IMG/VR virus record: IMGVR_UViG_2524614764_000005
Location: 1 to 64,000 of that record
Reading direction: 5' to 3' (one strand)
From: a virus
Lineage: Duplodnaviria > Caudoviricetes
DNA: 64,000 nucleotides
This document shows, piece by piece, positions 1 through 8,788 of the stretch. Position 1 is the first letter of the stretch. Each line of letters starts with the position of its first letter. Made by a program: the position numbers and the translations under genes. The notes beneath the pieces are model-generated. The model was given only the letters and a program-made list of their open reading frames with translations. It made no database searches and was not told the origin of the DNA.

Positions 1-1269
1 ATGATTGATTACACCAAGTTTCCACGTCACAAGATACTCTGCGTTGATATGAAATCCTTTTACGCCTCCATTTCAGCAGTTATGATGGGCTTAGATCCTC
101 TTGAGTGTTACTTGGCTGTTGTAGGTAACACAGAGAGGCAGGGGAGTGTGGTGTTAGCTGCAAGTCCAAAACTCAAGCAAGATTTCAAAATTAAAACTGG
201 CTCAAGGCTATTTGAAATTCCGAATGATTCAAGAATTCATATTGTTAATCCCAAAATGGACACTTTTATAAACGTTTCAACAAAAATCACACAATTGTTT
301 TATCGTTACGTTCCAGAATGTGATGTTCACACTTATTCCATAGACGAATCCTTTTTAAAAGTAGATGGTGTTATGAGAATGTGGAACAGTGTTGAAGAGA
401 TTGCTGAACATATCCAAGATGCCATCATGCGAGAATTTGGCTTACCTTGTACAATTGGAATTGGTGATAATATGCTGATCAGCAAACTTGCTTTGGATTT
501 AGAAAGTAAGAAAGCACCGAACGGTATAGTTAGATGGAGATATGAAGACATTCCAGAAAAACTATGGCCAGTTAGACCAATCTCTAAGATGTGGGGAATA
601 GGTAGACGAATGGAACAAAACTTGAATCGAATGGGCATATACACAGTTGGTGCATTAGCTAAATATTCACTTGAATCCTTAGAAAAGAAATTCGGAGTGA
701 TGGGGAATCAAATATTTCACCATGCTTGGGGTATAGACTTATCTGAGATAGGTGCCCCAGTGTTACATGGTCAAGTTAGTTTTGGAAAAAGTCAGATACT
801 ACTCAGAGACTACACGACAAAAGAAGAAATCAAAGCAGTGATTCTCGAAATATGTGAAGAGGTTGCTAAAAGAACACGAGATCATAACAAAGTGGGGAGA
901 ACGATTAGCTTAGGTATCGGATATAGCAAAGAAGAATATGGCGGAGGGTTCCACAGAAGCAAGACAATTGAAAGCCCAACTAATATAACTATGGACATCT
1001 ATAACACCTGTATTGAGTTGTTTAACACTTTTTATCAACATAAGACTGTTAGAAGTGTTTCAGTAACATTAAGTAAAATTGAAGAAGATGCTAATCAGCA
1101 GCTAACTTTATTTGATGAAAGAGGATTAGAGAAAAAAAGACAGCTTGGGTACGTTATGGATGGTATTAGAAATAAATACGGATCGAAATCGCTACTGAGG
1201 GCTATATCATATACTAAAGGCGGTACTGCATTATACAGAGCTAATTTAACGGGCGGACATAAAAGTTAA
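1..1269 (+). CDS. uvrX: Y-family (UmuC/DinB-like) DNA polymerase UvrX
   Basis: CVDMKSFYAS and YSIDE motifs, HhH MWGIG, C-terminal little finger; SPbeta position. Confidence 0.92.
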   Translation: MIDYTKFPRHKILCVDMKSFYASISAVMMGLDPLECYLAVVGNTERQGSVVLAASPKLKQDFKIKTGSRLFEIPNDSRIHIVNPKMDTFINVSTKITQLFYRYVPECDVHTYSIDESFLKVDGVMRMWNSVEEIAEHIQDAIMREFGLPCTIGIGDNMLISKLALDLESKKAPNGIVRWRYEDIPEKLWPVRPISKMWGIGRRMEQNLNRMGIYTVGALAKYSLESLEKKFGVMGNQIFHHAWGIDLSEIGAPVLHGQVSFGKSQILLRDYTTKEEIKAVILEICEEVAKRTRDHNKVGRTISLGIGYSKEEYGGGFHRSKTIESPTNITMDIYNTCIELFNTFYQHKTVRSVSVTLSKIEEDANQQLTLFDERGLEKKRQLGYVMDGIRNKYGSKSLLRAISYTKGGTALYRANLTGGHKS

Positions 1270-1271
1270 TG

Positions 1272-1382
1272 TTGACATAAAATGATTTCTGATGTATTAT
1301 AAAAATTTCATAAGATTTCTTCTTCTTAATGAAGAAGGGCTAGAAGGTGTTCATGGATTATTCTGTGAGCACCTTTATTTTT
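1272..1382 (+). ncRNA. Candidate small antisense RNA (antitoxin-like)
   Basis: TTGACA-17-TATTAT promoter right after uvrX, hairpin cttcttc..gaagaag, terminator aaggtgttca..tgagcacctt followed by T-run; convergent to a degenerate toxin ORF. Confidence 0.4.
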
Positions 1383-1438
1383 CACATAAAAATTGAAACC
1401 TCTAAGATGAATTCAATTGATTACTGGACTGTTATAAG

Positions 1439-1471
1439 TTACAATTTAATTATAATAGTGGATAGCTTCAT
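1439..1471 (-). pseudogene. Truncated type I toxin-like peptide ORF (MKLSTIIIKL*)
   Basis: AGGAGGTG RBS sequestered in cacctc..gaggtg hairpin, same leader design as the unit at 1804-1908; stop after 10 codons. Confidence 0.35.
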
Positions 1472-1579
1472 ATTTTTCACCTCCTTTGAGGTGGAATGAG
1501 CTTGGGCTAGTGCAATAGCCTAGGCTCTTTTTGATTATACCTTAAAACATCCATCGATTGGTGCTTGTTCACATGTTAT

Positions 1580-1812
1580 TTGCAAACTGTATTTTATTGA
1601 TGCTATAATGAACTTGCATAACTCTTACACTTGTGATTGAAGTACAGCTAAATGAGTGCCTCTTTTTTTAAAACTGAAGCGCAACAAATAATTAAAAAAC
1701 TCTTACATTACGATATTGAAGCGCAAACAAATATTAAACTTCCGATGAGGTCTCCTTGAAGTAGACGGAGGAAATGGAAATAAAGAAAGACCCGATAGAC
1801 GGGTCAATCTTT
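1580..1812 (+). ncRNA. Candidate sRNA with internal repeats, convergent on a small toxin-like ORF
   Basis: TTGCAA-18-TATAAT promoter with extended TGn (1580-1609); no ORF; terminator gacccgatagacgggtc overlapping the toxin stop. Confidence 0.45.
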
Positions 1813-1908
1813 TAAGCTTGCTTTCTGCTGTTTTAGTAAGAATCGAATCGTCATAAACGAAGCGATTATACTAAAACAATTTGCAGTGACGTCTAATGCA
1901 AGCAACAT
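1804..1908 (-). CDS. Small hydrophobic peptide, type I toxin-like (MLLALDVTANCFSIIASFMTIRFLLKQQKASLKD, 34 aa)
   Basis: Read by hand; GGGAGGTG RBS sequestered in hairpin; TM helix plus basic tail. Confidence 0.65.
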   Translation of the reverse strand: MLLALDVTANCFSIIASFMTIRFLLKQQKASLKD

Positions 1909-2136
1909 TTAAATTCACCTCCCTTATATGAGGTGTGGGAATACTGCTATGCCCGTAGCTGTATTCCTTTTCTTATTGTACCTTTTTTCAGCTTTAGTTG
2001 AAACCTAAAAAACGTGCCTGTGTGATTAGTAGACATGTTTTTCTTTTTATAACCGTAATTTTGTTTAACAAAATGCAAATTTTGATTAAGTGGAAACAGA
2101 GATTAATAGCCACAAAAAAATGAATTTAATAGCTTT

Positions 2137-2222
2137 AAAAATTTAGTCGTTCATATATGAGCGGCTTTTTTTATTTATATAAAAACGAAAAAAATACCCC
2201 TACTCAAACGAGAAGGGGCTTT
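2137..2222. terminator. Two intrinsic terminator hairpins ending the late operon
   Basis: agtcgttcatatatgagcggct plus T-run; cccctactc..gagaagggg flanked by A-run. Confidence 0.6.
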
Positions 2223-2226
2223 ACTT

Positions 2227-3078
2227 TTATTGAATCCTAATGGCAATAAATTTTGAAATAAATGAGGAATAAATTGTTGAAGTGCCAGGAGTCGTTTCAA
2301 AAACCCTATACACTTTTTTTTCATCTTTAATTAAGTCTCCATTAACAAGTCCATCTGTAGAACCAAAAGAGAAAACTTCAGGTATTGTACCCTTTAAGCC
2401 TTCGCTAGTACTCCCATAAATAACGTTACTCATCAATATGTTTTCACCGATTTTATTCTTACTAGCTAACCCTAGGTAGGTCAAGCAAGTGATTGGTACA
2501 GTTGCAGTATAATCATTTTTAATGTCAGTTACATATAATCTTCTGCCACTTCCGATGATGCTTGATGCAAATACGCAAGCACTCCATTCATGCTCATCTG
2601 CGAAAGTTACGGGCACACCTATGTAATTCAATGTAGCGGGCAAAGAAAGTGACAAGGAGTAATCAGTCAAAAAAATTATTCTGTCCTTATTACAGCTGTA
2701 ATAAAGTTCGATTGGCTGATTAGGAAGAATTTCTGATTGATAAGTTATCGCTACAGCTTTCCATGTGTCACTATTTTTTGAAAATGTTCCAGTAACACCA
2801 GAAGATCCAGGCAGATACTTCCCTGATAATCTCATTGAGAAAAATCGTGAGTTTGTATTTGAAAATGTCGTGGATGAGCCTGCAGTTGTACTAGCTATAT
2901 CTCTCATCTGAAAATAAATTTCTTTCTTCCCATTCTCACCATTTGAAAACATTACATCATAGTCAGTCGATGGACGACTGGAGATATTTTGCCATCCTGA
3001 TTCGAGCATAATTTGCTTTAGTTTGCTGTACAATTCTTTCTTTAAAACAGTTATTTTATTGAAAATTGTATCAGACAT
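2227..3078 (-). CDS. Putative virion structural protein, paralogue 3 of 3
   Basis: Shares GW-N-S, DYDVxYS-GE-G, NKDRI and EG-xG motifs with 3350-4198 and 4201-5049. Confidence 0.6.
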   Translation of the reverse strand: MSDTIFNKITVLKKELYSKLKQIMLESGWQNISSRPSTDYDVMFSNGENGKKEIYFQMRDIASTTAGSSTTFSNTNSRFFSMRLSGKYLPGSSGVTGTFSKNSDTWKAVAITYQSEILPNQPIELYYSCNKDRIIFLTDYSLSLSLPATLNYIGVPVTFADEHEWSACVFASSIIGSGRRLYVTDIKNDYTATVPITCLTYLGLASKNKIGENILMSNVIYGSTSEGLKGTIPEVFSFGSTDGLVNGDLIKDEKKVYRVFETTPGTSTIYSSFISKFIAIRIQ

Positions 3079-3350
3079 TAATTCTTCATCCCCTTAGTCC
3101 AACTGTGCTCTAATGGTGTTTGTCTAGGGGCATTCGTGGTTGTTCCACCTAAAACGAATCCTTTTCTAATATCAGTTTTCTTCTTAGCTGATTTAATTGC
3201 AAAGGGATCCGAAACAATGATCTGTTTTTCGAAATTCGAGTCCCTTAACCCCACAACAGGCGTAGGTGAAACAATCTTGACTTTAGTATATGATGGCTTC
3301 CTCTGGCCAAATAAAGTTGAGCTCATTACAAATCCTTTTAGCTTATCCAT
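3078..3350 (-). CDS. Hypothetical protein (90 aa)
   Basis: Translationally coupled (1-nt overlaps) to both neighbours. Confidence 0.7.
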   Translation of the reverse strand: MDKLKGFVMSSTLFGQRKPSYTKVKIVSPTPVVGLRDSNFEKQIIVSDPFAIKSAKKKTDIRKGFVLGGTTTNAPRQTPLEHSWTKGMKN

Positions 3351-4198
3351 TATTCCACCTCAATTCCAATATAGTTTGAGGGGAAAGAGGTTGTTCTGTT
3401 AGTTGTGAAGTAAGTATAGAACACCTTATATTTCTTCTTTGTAATAGAGTCAATGTAGACATCGCCATCTAACAGAGCAGTGTCTTTTATAGCATATAGT
3501 CCATCTAAATAACCTCTCACGCCTTCTAGGGTGTCACCAAAAGCAATTGGACTAATAAACATGGTGCCAAAAATGTTAGTTAGGTTATCGCTCATAAAGG
3601 TACTTAATAAATAAGAAGCTGCTTGAGGATAATCTGATTGATCGTCTATTAATGCTTTTCCAGTAGTCAATGGGTTGGCTGAAGTGGCATAAAGGCAATT
3701 AACATTCTTAGCTGTTTTACCATAAATAGTAGGCTTTCCAAAATAGCATATGCTAGCATTAGACCTTAAGATAGTGGGAGGGACGACAGTGAAAACTATC
3801 CGATCTCTATTTACTGAATAATACAAAGTCAAATCAGTTTCTGGGTTGAGCGTTGCTGCAGTTGTTATAAAAACAATATTCCAAGCTTCATTTCTTTTGA
3901 AAGTTCCAGAATTCATTGGAGTAGAAGAGGGGGTGTACTCCTTGCATAATCTGAAGGAAAAGTAAGCGTAGTCCGTTGATGAAAAGTTTGTTGAAGCAGA
4001 AGGGGAAGTAACTGCACTAGCAAAAGGACGAATATTAAAATAGATACTCTCTTTACCAGTCTCCCCAGTTGAATACAGAACATCAAAATCTGTACCAGGA
4101 TTCGATGTAACATTAGTCCATCCAGCATCAATCAATAAGGATAGAATCCGATTATAAAGATTCTTTTTCTTAATGGTTTCCTTCTTGAACACACTCAT
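3350..4198 (-). CDS. Putative virion structural protein, paralogue 2 of 3
   Basis: Shared motifs with neighbours; 282 aa. Confidence 0.6.
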   Translation of the reverse strand: MSVFKKETIKKKNLYNRILSLLIDAGWTNVTSNPGTDFDVLYSTGETGKESIYFNIRPFASAVTSPSASTNFSSTDYAYFSFRLCKEYTPSSTPMNSGTFKRNEAWNIVFITTAATLNPETDLTLYYSVNRDRIVFTVVPPTILRSNASICYFGKPTIYGKTAKNVNCLYATSANPLTTGKALIDDQSDYPQAASYLLSTFMSDNLTNIFGTMFISPIAFGDTLEGVRGYLDGLYAIKDTALLDGDVYIDSITKKKYKVFYTYFTTNRTTSFPSNYIGIEVE

Positions 4199-4200
4199 AA

Positions 4201-5049
4201 TTAATATCCTGTGACTTCGATTGCTAAAGCAGCAGAACCAAATGTATTGCTGGAGAATACGCCTGGAACAACGACGAAGTATTGCCTTGCGCCGTCTTCT
4301 ATAATGCTTCCATGCAACACATTATCATTTGGCAATCCATAAATTCCAGTTAGTTTACCACGAGTTCCTTCACTTGTGTTTCCATAATAGAATTCGGAAA
4401 GCATGTATAAACCTTGAGTGTTTGGATTCTTTGGTGAAAGATTCACTATGATTGGTCTAACTGTAGCGCTAGTTGCAGGTGCGATGTTCACTGGTGAATT
4501 TGAAATAAGTAGGTTGCTTGCAACATCTGCTCTTGAGGTAGTTGCAAAAATCAATCCTCTGCTATCTGGTTCATCTGCATAGATTTCGTCAGGAATGCCA
4601 ATGTAATTAAGTACACAACCTAATCCTGTTGCGGAAGGACTTTCAATGACTATAATCAATCTATTTTTGTTAACGTTAAGACGATATGTCATCGTAGTGT
4701 CTTTCGATAGTGTGCCCGAACTAGGGGCTACCATGAAATACTTCCACGGCTCGCTAGGTCTACCTACAGTGCCAGCAGCACCATTTGAACCAGGGGTGTA
4801 TGATTCAACTAATCTTAACGAAGCCGTGCAATAATCGGTTGAGATGATTGAGTTTTTGTCTGTGATATCAGTTGCTCTCATCTGAAATACAAGTTTTTTA
4901 TCTCCTGATTCTCCAGTAGAATAAAAGACATCATAATCAGAAGTGGCGTTAGAGGATTTGTTTTCCCAGCCAGCATTAATTAAAGAGTTTTTAATCACTG
5001 AGTAGAGATCACTCTTAAGACAAGTTCCTGTTGTAAATATGTATCCCAT
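4201..5049 (-). CDS. Putative virion structural protein, paralogue 1 of 3
   Basis: Shared motifs; GGAGG RBS. Confidence 0.6.
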   Translation of the reverse strand: MGYIFTTGTCLKSDLYSVIKNSLINAGWENKSSNATSDYDVFYSTGESGDKKLVFQMRATDITDKNSIISTDYCTASLRLVESYTPGSNGAAGTVGRPSEPWKYFMVAPSSGTLSKDTTMTYRLNVNKNRLIIVIESPSATGLGCVLNYIGIPDEIYADEPDSRGLIFATTSRADVASNLLISNSPVNIAPATSATVRPIIVNLSPKNPNTQGLYMLSEFYYGNTSEGTRGKLTGIYGLPNDNVLHGSIIEDGARQYFVVVPGVFSSNTFGSAALAIEVTGY

Positions 5050-5059
5050 AAATAACCTC

Positions 5060-7162
5060 CTATAGTAAGTTTGTTGTTTTGATTTTTAATGTTACTTGAG
5101 CATTGTTCTGGCTGTGATTGATTAATTGAACATGTATTTTTTGCGTTCCATCTTTATCCTGACAAGGAATGTTTGCGATATCATAGATTGAATCTGATTT
5201 CAAACTCTGATAAACAACGTCACCATTTGAAGATTTGTCAAAAACAGACACGGATATTAAATTCTTGTTCTCATCTTTTGCGTAAATGGTTCTAATATCA
5301 TATTTATCAAACCACGCATCTAGTGAGAGTGTTTTTGTTTCACTAGGCAGCAATGCAACAGTATCATTAATCTCGTTTAACGTAGGCACTCCACCTCGTC
5401 CTCCTGACATTGCAATAAAGACAATATGGTCTTCAACTGGGATTTCTTTAATAAATTCAATGGATTTATTCGATTTTTCAATGTAATCCATCTGATTTGA
5501 TTGAAGAACACCGTTTTTGTAAACCATCATTGTGTCATTGTTGTTTTCGTATTCTGGTACATTAAACAACTTAGCTGGGGCAGAACGATCATTAGGCAAT
5601 GATTCATAACGATATTTAATCCCACCGCTATTAATAGAAGTGATCGTGATTTTCTTTCCAGTTTCATCTACTGCCAGTTTCGTATATCCTCCAGCAATCA
5701 ACTCATAGTTCCCTGTGATTTTCTTCATGCCCACAAACACTGAGCTGCTTTCTACAGGTACATAATTCAGTCTTTCAGTACCTTCGTTATATGCAAGAAC
5801 TTTATTGTTTCCGATGCTAGATTCATCAACTAAAACTGTGCCCAGCAGAGCAGGATCGTGCAAGTTTGTATGAGTGTGATTAGTATTAGCCTTGAAATTT
5901 AATGACTCATTAATTTTATCGCTTGACCATGTAGACACCTTATCAACGTTATTGTCATTTATAGCAGTTGATTGGCCATTTGCTATGCTTGAAACTCTTC
6001 CTTTTTCATCGACAGTGACAGTGGGATTAACATATGTTCCAGCTTCAACACCATTCTTGGCCAATTGAGGAAGAGAAGCCGTTCCTGTCAAGTCACCACT
6101 TAATGTAATTCCGCCCTTAACTGTCGATGTGGCATCATTAATAGTCGAAGCTCCACCTGCATACACCCAAACATCTCCGCTATAAATATACTGCGTTTTA
6201 CTTCCACCGTGGTTTGAATCACTTTTTACAAAAATCCAATATCCACGTTGAGGAGAAGGGAAAGCTTGCATAGCTGCTGGGTATGTATCAAACTCACCTT
6301 TAAATTGAACTCCAGTAGTGATTCCATTAATCTGATCCTGGATATTACCTGTTACGCCTAATAGGCTATTAATTTCATCGATTGATACAACTTGGCCAGA
6401 AAGTGATTTTGCGAAGTCGACAATATCATCGCCATCAGCATCGTATATTAATTTTTGCATATCTCCTGAAGCCACTTTTGAGTTGCCATACATCAGGTTG
6501 CCGTTTTGCTCAGTAAATTTATCAATCACTTGCTTGTTGCTGTGTACATGACTTTTTATCTCAAGTTGATCAATAGAATCATTAACTGTTCTGATGGCTT
6601 CTGCTGTAGTTTTTAACCTGTTTTCGACATTGCCTGTTAACCCTTGTAAGTAAGCAATTTCTTTAGGTTTAACATTTCCAATGGAAGTTGTTTCAGGTAA
6701 TTGGACTACGCCCTCAAATACAGGACTATCAATAGGAGCTTTTTTGAAGTCCATTTCCTCAATAGCTGTTTGTACGTTATCAGATTCAATTGAATCAGTA
6801 GGGGTGAACACGACCGAAGAAGCGTCACCGCCTGATCCACCACCTTGCGGAGCATCAACAAATATTAGCCCAGTACCACTTGGATTTATCTTAATCCACT
6901 TGTTCGCATACCCTTCATACGAAGCAGGCGTGTCTATCAGGTCAAGAAAACTTAATTCTGTATCACCGACAGATGATCCACTAACAAGCTCAAATTGTCC
7001 ATTTTTATAAATATAGAGAGTTGGCTTATTAGATTGGGATTCATCATTTAAAACAGCGTAGATAGCGCCTTCTTGACCATTCGATAACTTAGTTCTATTC
7101 TCTACAACTAAAACAGCTTCTTTGCCAGCTAAATGCTGTATGGTCTGTAAGATTAAATTCAA
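5060..7162 (-). CDS. Phage fibre-like structural protein
   Basis: DATSTVKGGITLSGDL and GTYxxxTVTVDEKGRV tail-fibre repeat motifs; FLDLIDTPASY motif. Confidence 0.65.
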   Translation of the reverse strand: MNLILQTIQHLAGKEAVLVVENRTKLSNGQEGAIYAVLNDESQSNKPTLYIYKNGQFELVSGSSVGDTELSFLDLIDTPASYEGYANKWIKINPSGTGLIFVDAPQGGGSGGDASSVVFTPTDSIESDNVQTAIEEMDFKKAPIDSPVFEGVVQLPETTSIGNVKPKEIAYLQGLTGNVENRLKTTAEAIRTVNDSIDQLEIKSHVHSNKQVIDKFTEQNGNLMYGNSKVASGDMQKLIYDADGDDIVDFAKSLSGQVVSIDEINSLLGVTGNIQDQINGITTGVQFKGEFDTYPAAMQAFPSPQRGYWIFVKSDSNHGGSKTQYIYSGDVWVYAGGASTINDATSTVKGGITLSGDLTGTASLPQLAKNGVEAGTYVNPTVTVDEKGRVSSIANGQSTAINDNNVDKVSTWSSDKINESLNFKANTNHTHTNLHDPALLGTVLVDESSIGNNKVLAYNEGTERLNYVPVESSSVFVGMKKITGNYELIAGGYTKLAVDETGKKITITSINSGGIKYRYESLPNDRSAPAKLFNVPEYENNNDTMMVYKNGVLQSNQMDYIEKSNKSIEFIKEIPVEDHIVFIAMSGGRGGVPTLNEINDTVALLPSETKTLSLDAWFDKYDIRTIYAKDENKNLISVSVFDKSSNGDVVYQSLKSDSIYDIANIPCQDKDGTQKIHVQLINHSQNNAQVTLKIKTTNLL

Positions 7163-7177
7163 ATTATCACCTCATTT

Positions 7178-7435
7178 CTATCCAAAACATCTCACCATGA
7201 TCTCGAACAAATTCGTATCAACTGGGTTATTAAAGGTTATTTTGTTTTTATCAGTTTTTACATAAGAGGAAGGAGAGCACTCAACTCCTCCAACAATAAC
7301 TGCAAGTTGATCTTTAGTTGGGTCGTAATCTGGAACTACAATATACGAGATTGTTTGGTCGTTCTCGTTAGGGATATATTCAAAAGACCATTTCAGTGAT
7401 ATTCCGCTATTCATTCTTGGATTGAAAAAGCTCAT
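7178..7435 (-). CDS. Hypothetical small beta-domain protein
   Basis: Resembles the VPEY..VYKNG..Y...ITF domain within the 700-aa fibre protein. Confidence 0.6.
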   Translation of the reverse strand: MSFFNPRMNSGISLKWSFEYIPNENDQTISYIVVPDYDPTKDQLAVIVGGVECSPSSYVKTDKNKITFNNPVDTNLFEIMVRCFG

Positions 7436-7716
7436 GTGTGAGCTCCAGCAAAGTTGTATTGAATTCCTTTTTCTTTAATTACAAAACTAAAGATTGGAGC
7501 ATCGATATGATCCATTGAAAAACCATCTCCAGCCCTTATGAAAATCGGTTCACCATGATTGATTGAAACAGAACAATCTTGATCGTTGCGGAATTGAAAC
7601 TTATAGAATTGCGTAAGTTTTTTCGAACCTTGTGTATCAGGAGGGACAATTTCGAAGTTTTCAGTATTTGTTGACTCCAGTTTTGATGATCCTTTGTAGC
7701 CAGATCCTAATATCAT
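7432..7716 (-). CDS. Hypothetical protein (94 aa)
   Basis: AGGAGG RBS; operonic overlap. Confidence 0.7.
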   Translation of the reverse strand: MILGSGYKGSSKLESTNTENFEIVPPDTQGSKKLTQFYKFQFRNDQDCSVSINHGEPIFIRAGDGFSMDHIDAPIFSFVIKEKGIQYNFAGAHT

Positions 7717-7759
7717 AGTTAACCTCCTAAAAATGAAAAAAAGAGAGGGATTAGCCCTC

Positions 7760-8026
7760 TCACATTTGTTTAATCATATCTTTTAAAACTTGAAGAAATG
7801 CTTTAGCATCTTCTTTTTCCATCCTTAAAATATCTTCGTTGCCCAAGCCTTCAGAGAGTGAAATCTTGAGAACGGGGAAGATAGCTGGTTCCCTATCTTC
7901 ATCAGCTTGGGGAACTTCAACTTCGTCTAACAACAGAGTTAGAACTTTCTCCTCACCCTCAGCATTAATGTGGGCTTCACTGAATTTATTTGGGTATGGC
8001 GAATACTTAATGTTGACTGTATTCAT
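7760..8026 (-). CDS. Hypothetical protein (88 aa)
   Basis: Coupled to holin; followed by hairpin gagaggg..ccctctc. Confidence 0.65.
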   Translation of the reverse strand: MNTVNIKYSPYPNKFSEAHINAEGEEKVLTLLLDEVEVPQADEDREPAIFPVLKISLSEGLGNEDILRMEKEDAKAFLQVLKDMIKQM

Positions 8027-8277
8027 TATTTTCTAGGCTCTTCATATTCTAAAGCTTGATCACTGTCAGATACACCTTTAGTGGTCGGATCATCAATAAT
8101 GCCGATAGCAGATAAAAATATAAGCAGAGCATTAAATTTTACAGTTAGATCATCGCCAAATCCTGTTAAGTCATAACCGAATGCTTCAGCGATCATTTGA
8201 ACGAATAAAAGGGTGGCGGAGAGGATTGACACCCAAAATGTTTTCTTTTTTAAACGTACTTTCCAGTTGATTTTCAT
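8026..8277 (-). CDS. Phage holin (phiLC3-like family)
   Basis: INWKVRLKKKTFW N-terminus, two TMs, GIIDDPTTKGVSDS motif. Confidence 0.9.
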   Translation of the reverse strand: MKINWKVRLKKKTFWVSILSATLLFVQMIAEAFGYDLTGFGDDLTVKFNALLIFLSAIGIIDDPTTKGVSDSDQALEYEEPRK

Positions 8278-8290
8278 TACATCAAGCTCC

Positions 8291-8680
8291 TTATTTATTA
8301 ATTCCGAAATGGTATAGCAAATATGCTCCGATTATCGTTGTAACTACTGAAGGAAGAATCTTATAAAAAATATCTTTGGTAAACTGCGAGGGATCTATCT
8401 TTCTTGTTGAATCACTTCGTTCAAGAGTTTCAACCCGTGTATCTAATTTTTCATAAGATTTATTGAGGTTTTTTAAATTATTACTCATTTCAATGAGTGT
8501 TGAAGTTAACTCTTTCGATTGCTTTTGAGACTCTTTATTAAATTCAAGTTGTTGTTCGCATATCATTTCAATTCTGTTGAGTGTATTTGTTTTATCTTCT
8601 AGCTTAACAATTTGAATTGCTTGCTGATTTGATTTTTCTTCAAGCAAGCTTATACGAACATGAACATCATTACTTTCCAT
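8291..8680 (-). CDS. Holin-accessory/XhlA-like coiled-coil membrane protein
   Basis: Coiled coil plus C-terminal TM, located between endolysin and holin. Confidence 0.6.
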   Translation of the reverse strand: MESNDVHVRISLLEEKSNQQAIQIVKLEDKTNTLNRIEMICEQQLEFNKESQKQSKELTSTLIEMSNNLKNLNKSYEKLDTRVETLERSDSTRKIDPSQFTKDIFYKILPSVVTTIIGAYLLYHFGINK

Positions 8681-8788
8681 TTGACACCAGCCTTAGAGAA
8701 GGAGGTGACTTTAGCTCACCTCCTTGAAGTTGATTTTCATAAATTCTCATGGATATTTGTAAATCCACAAAAATCTATATTAATTTAG

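Noticed and set aside
1620-1765. Possible mini-CRISPR array
   Set aside because: Repeats are short, imperfect and irregularly spaced; no cas genes.
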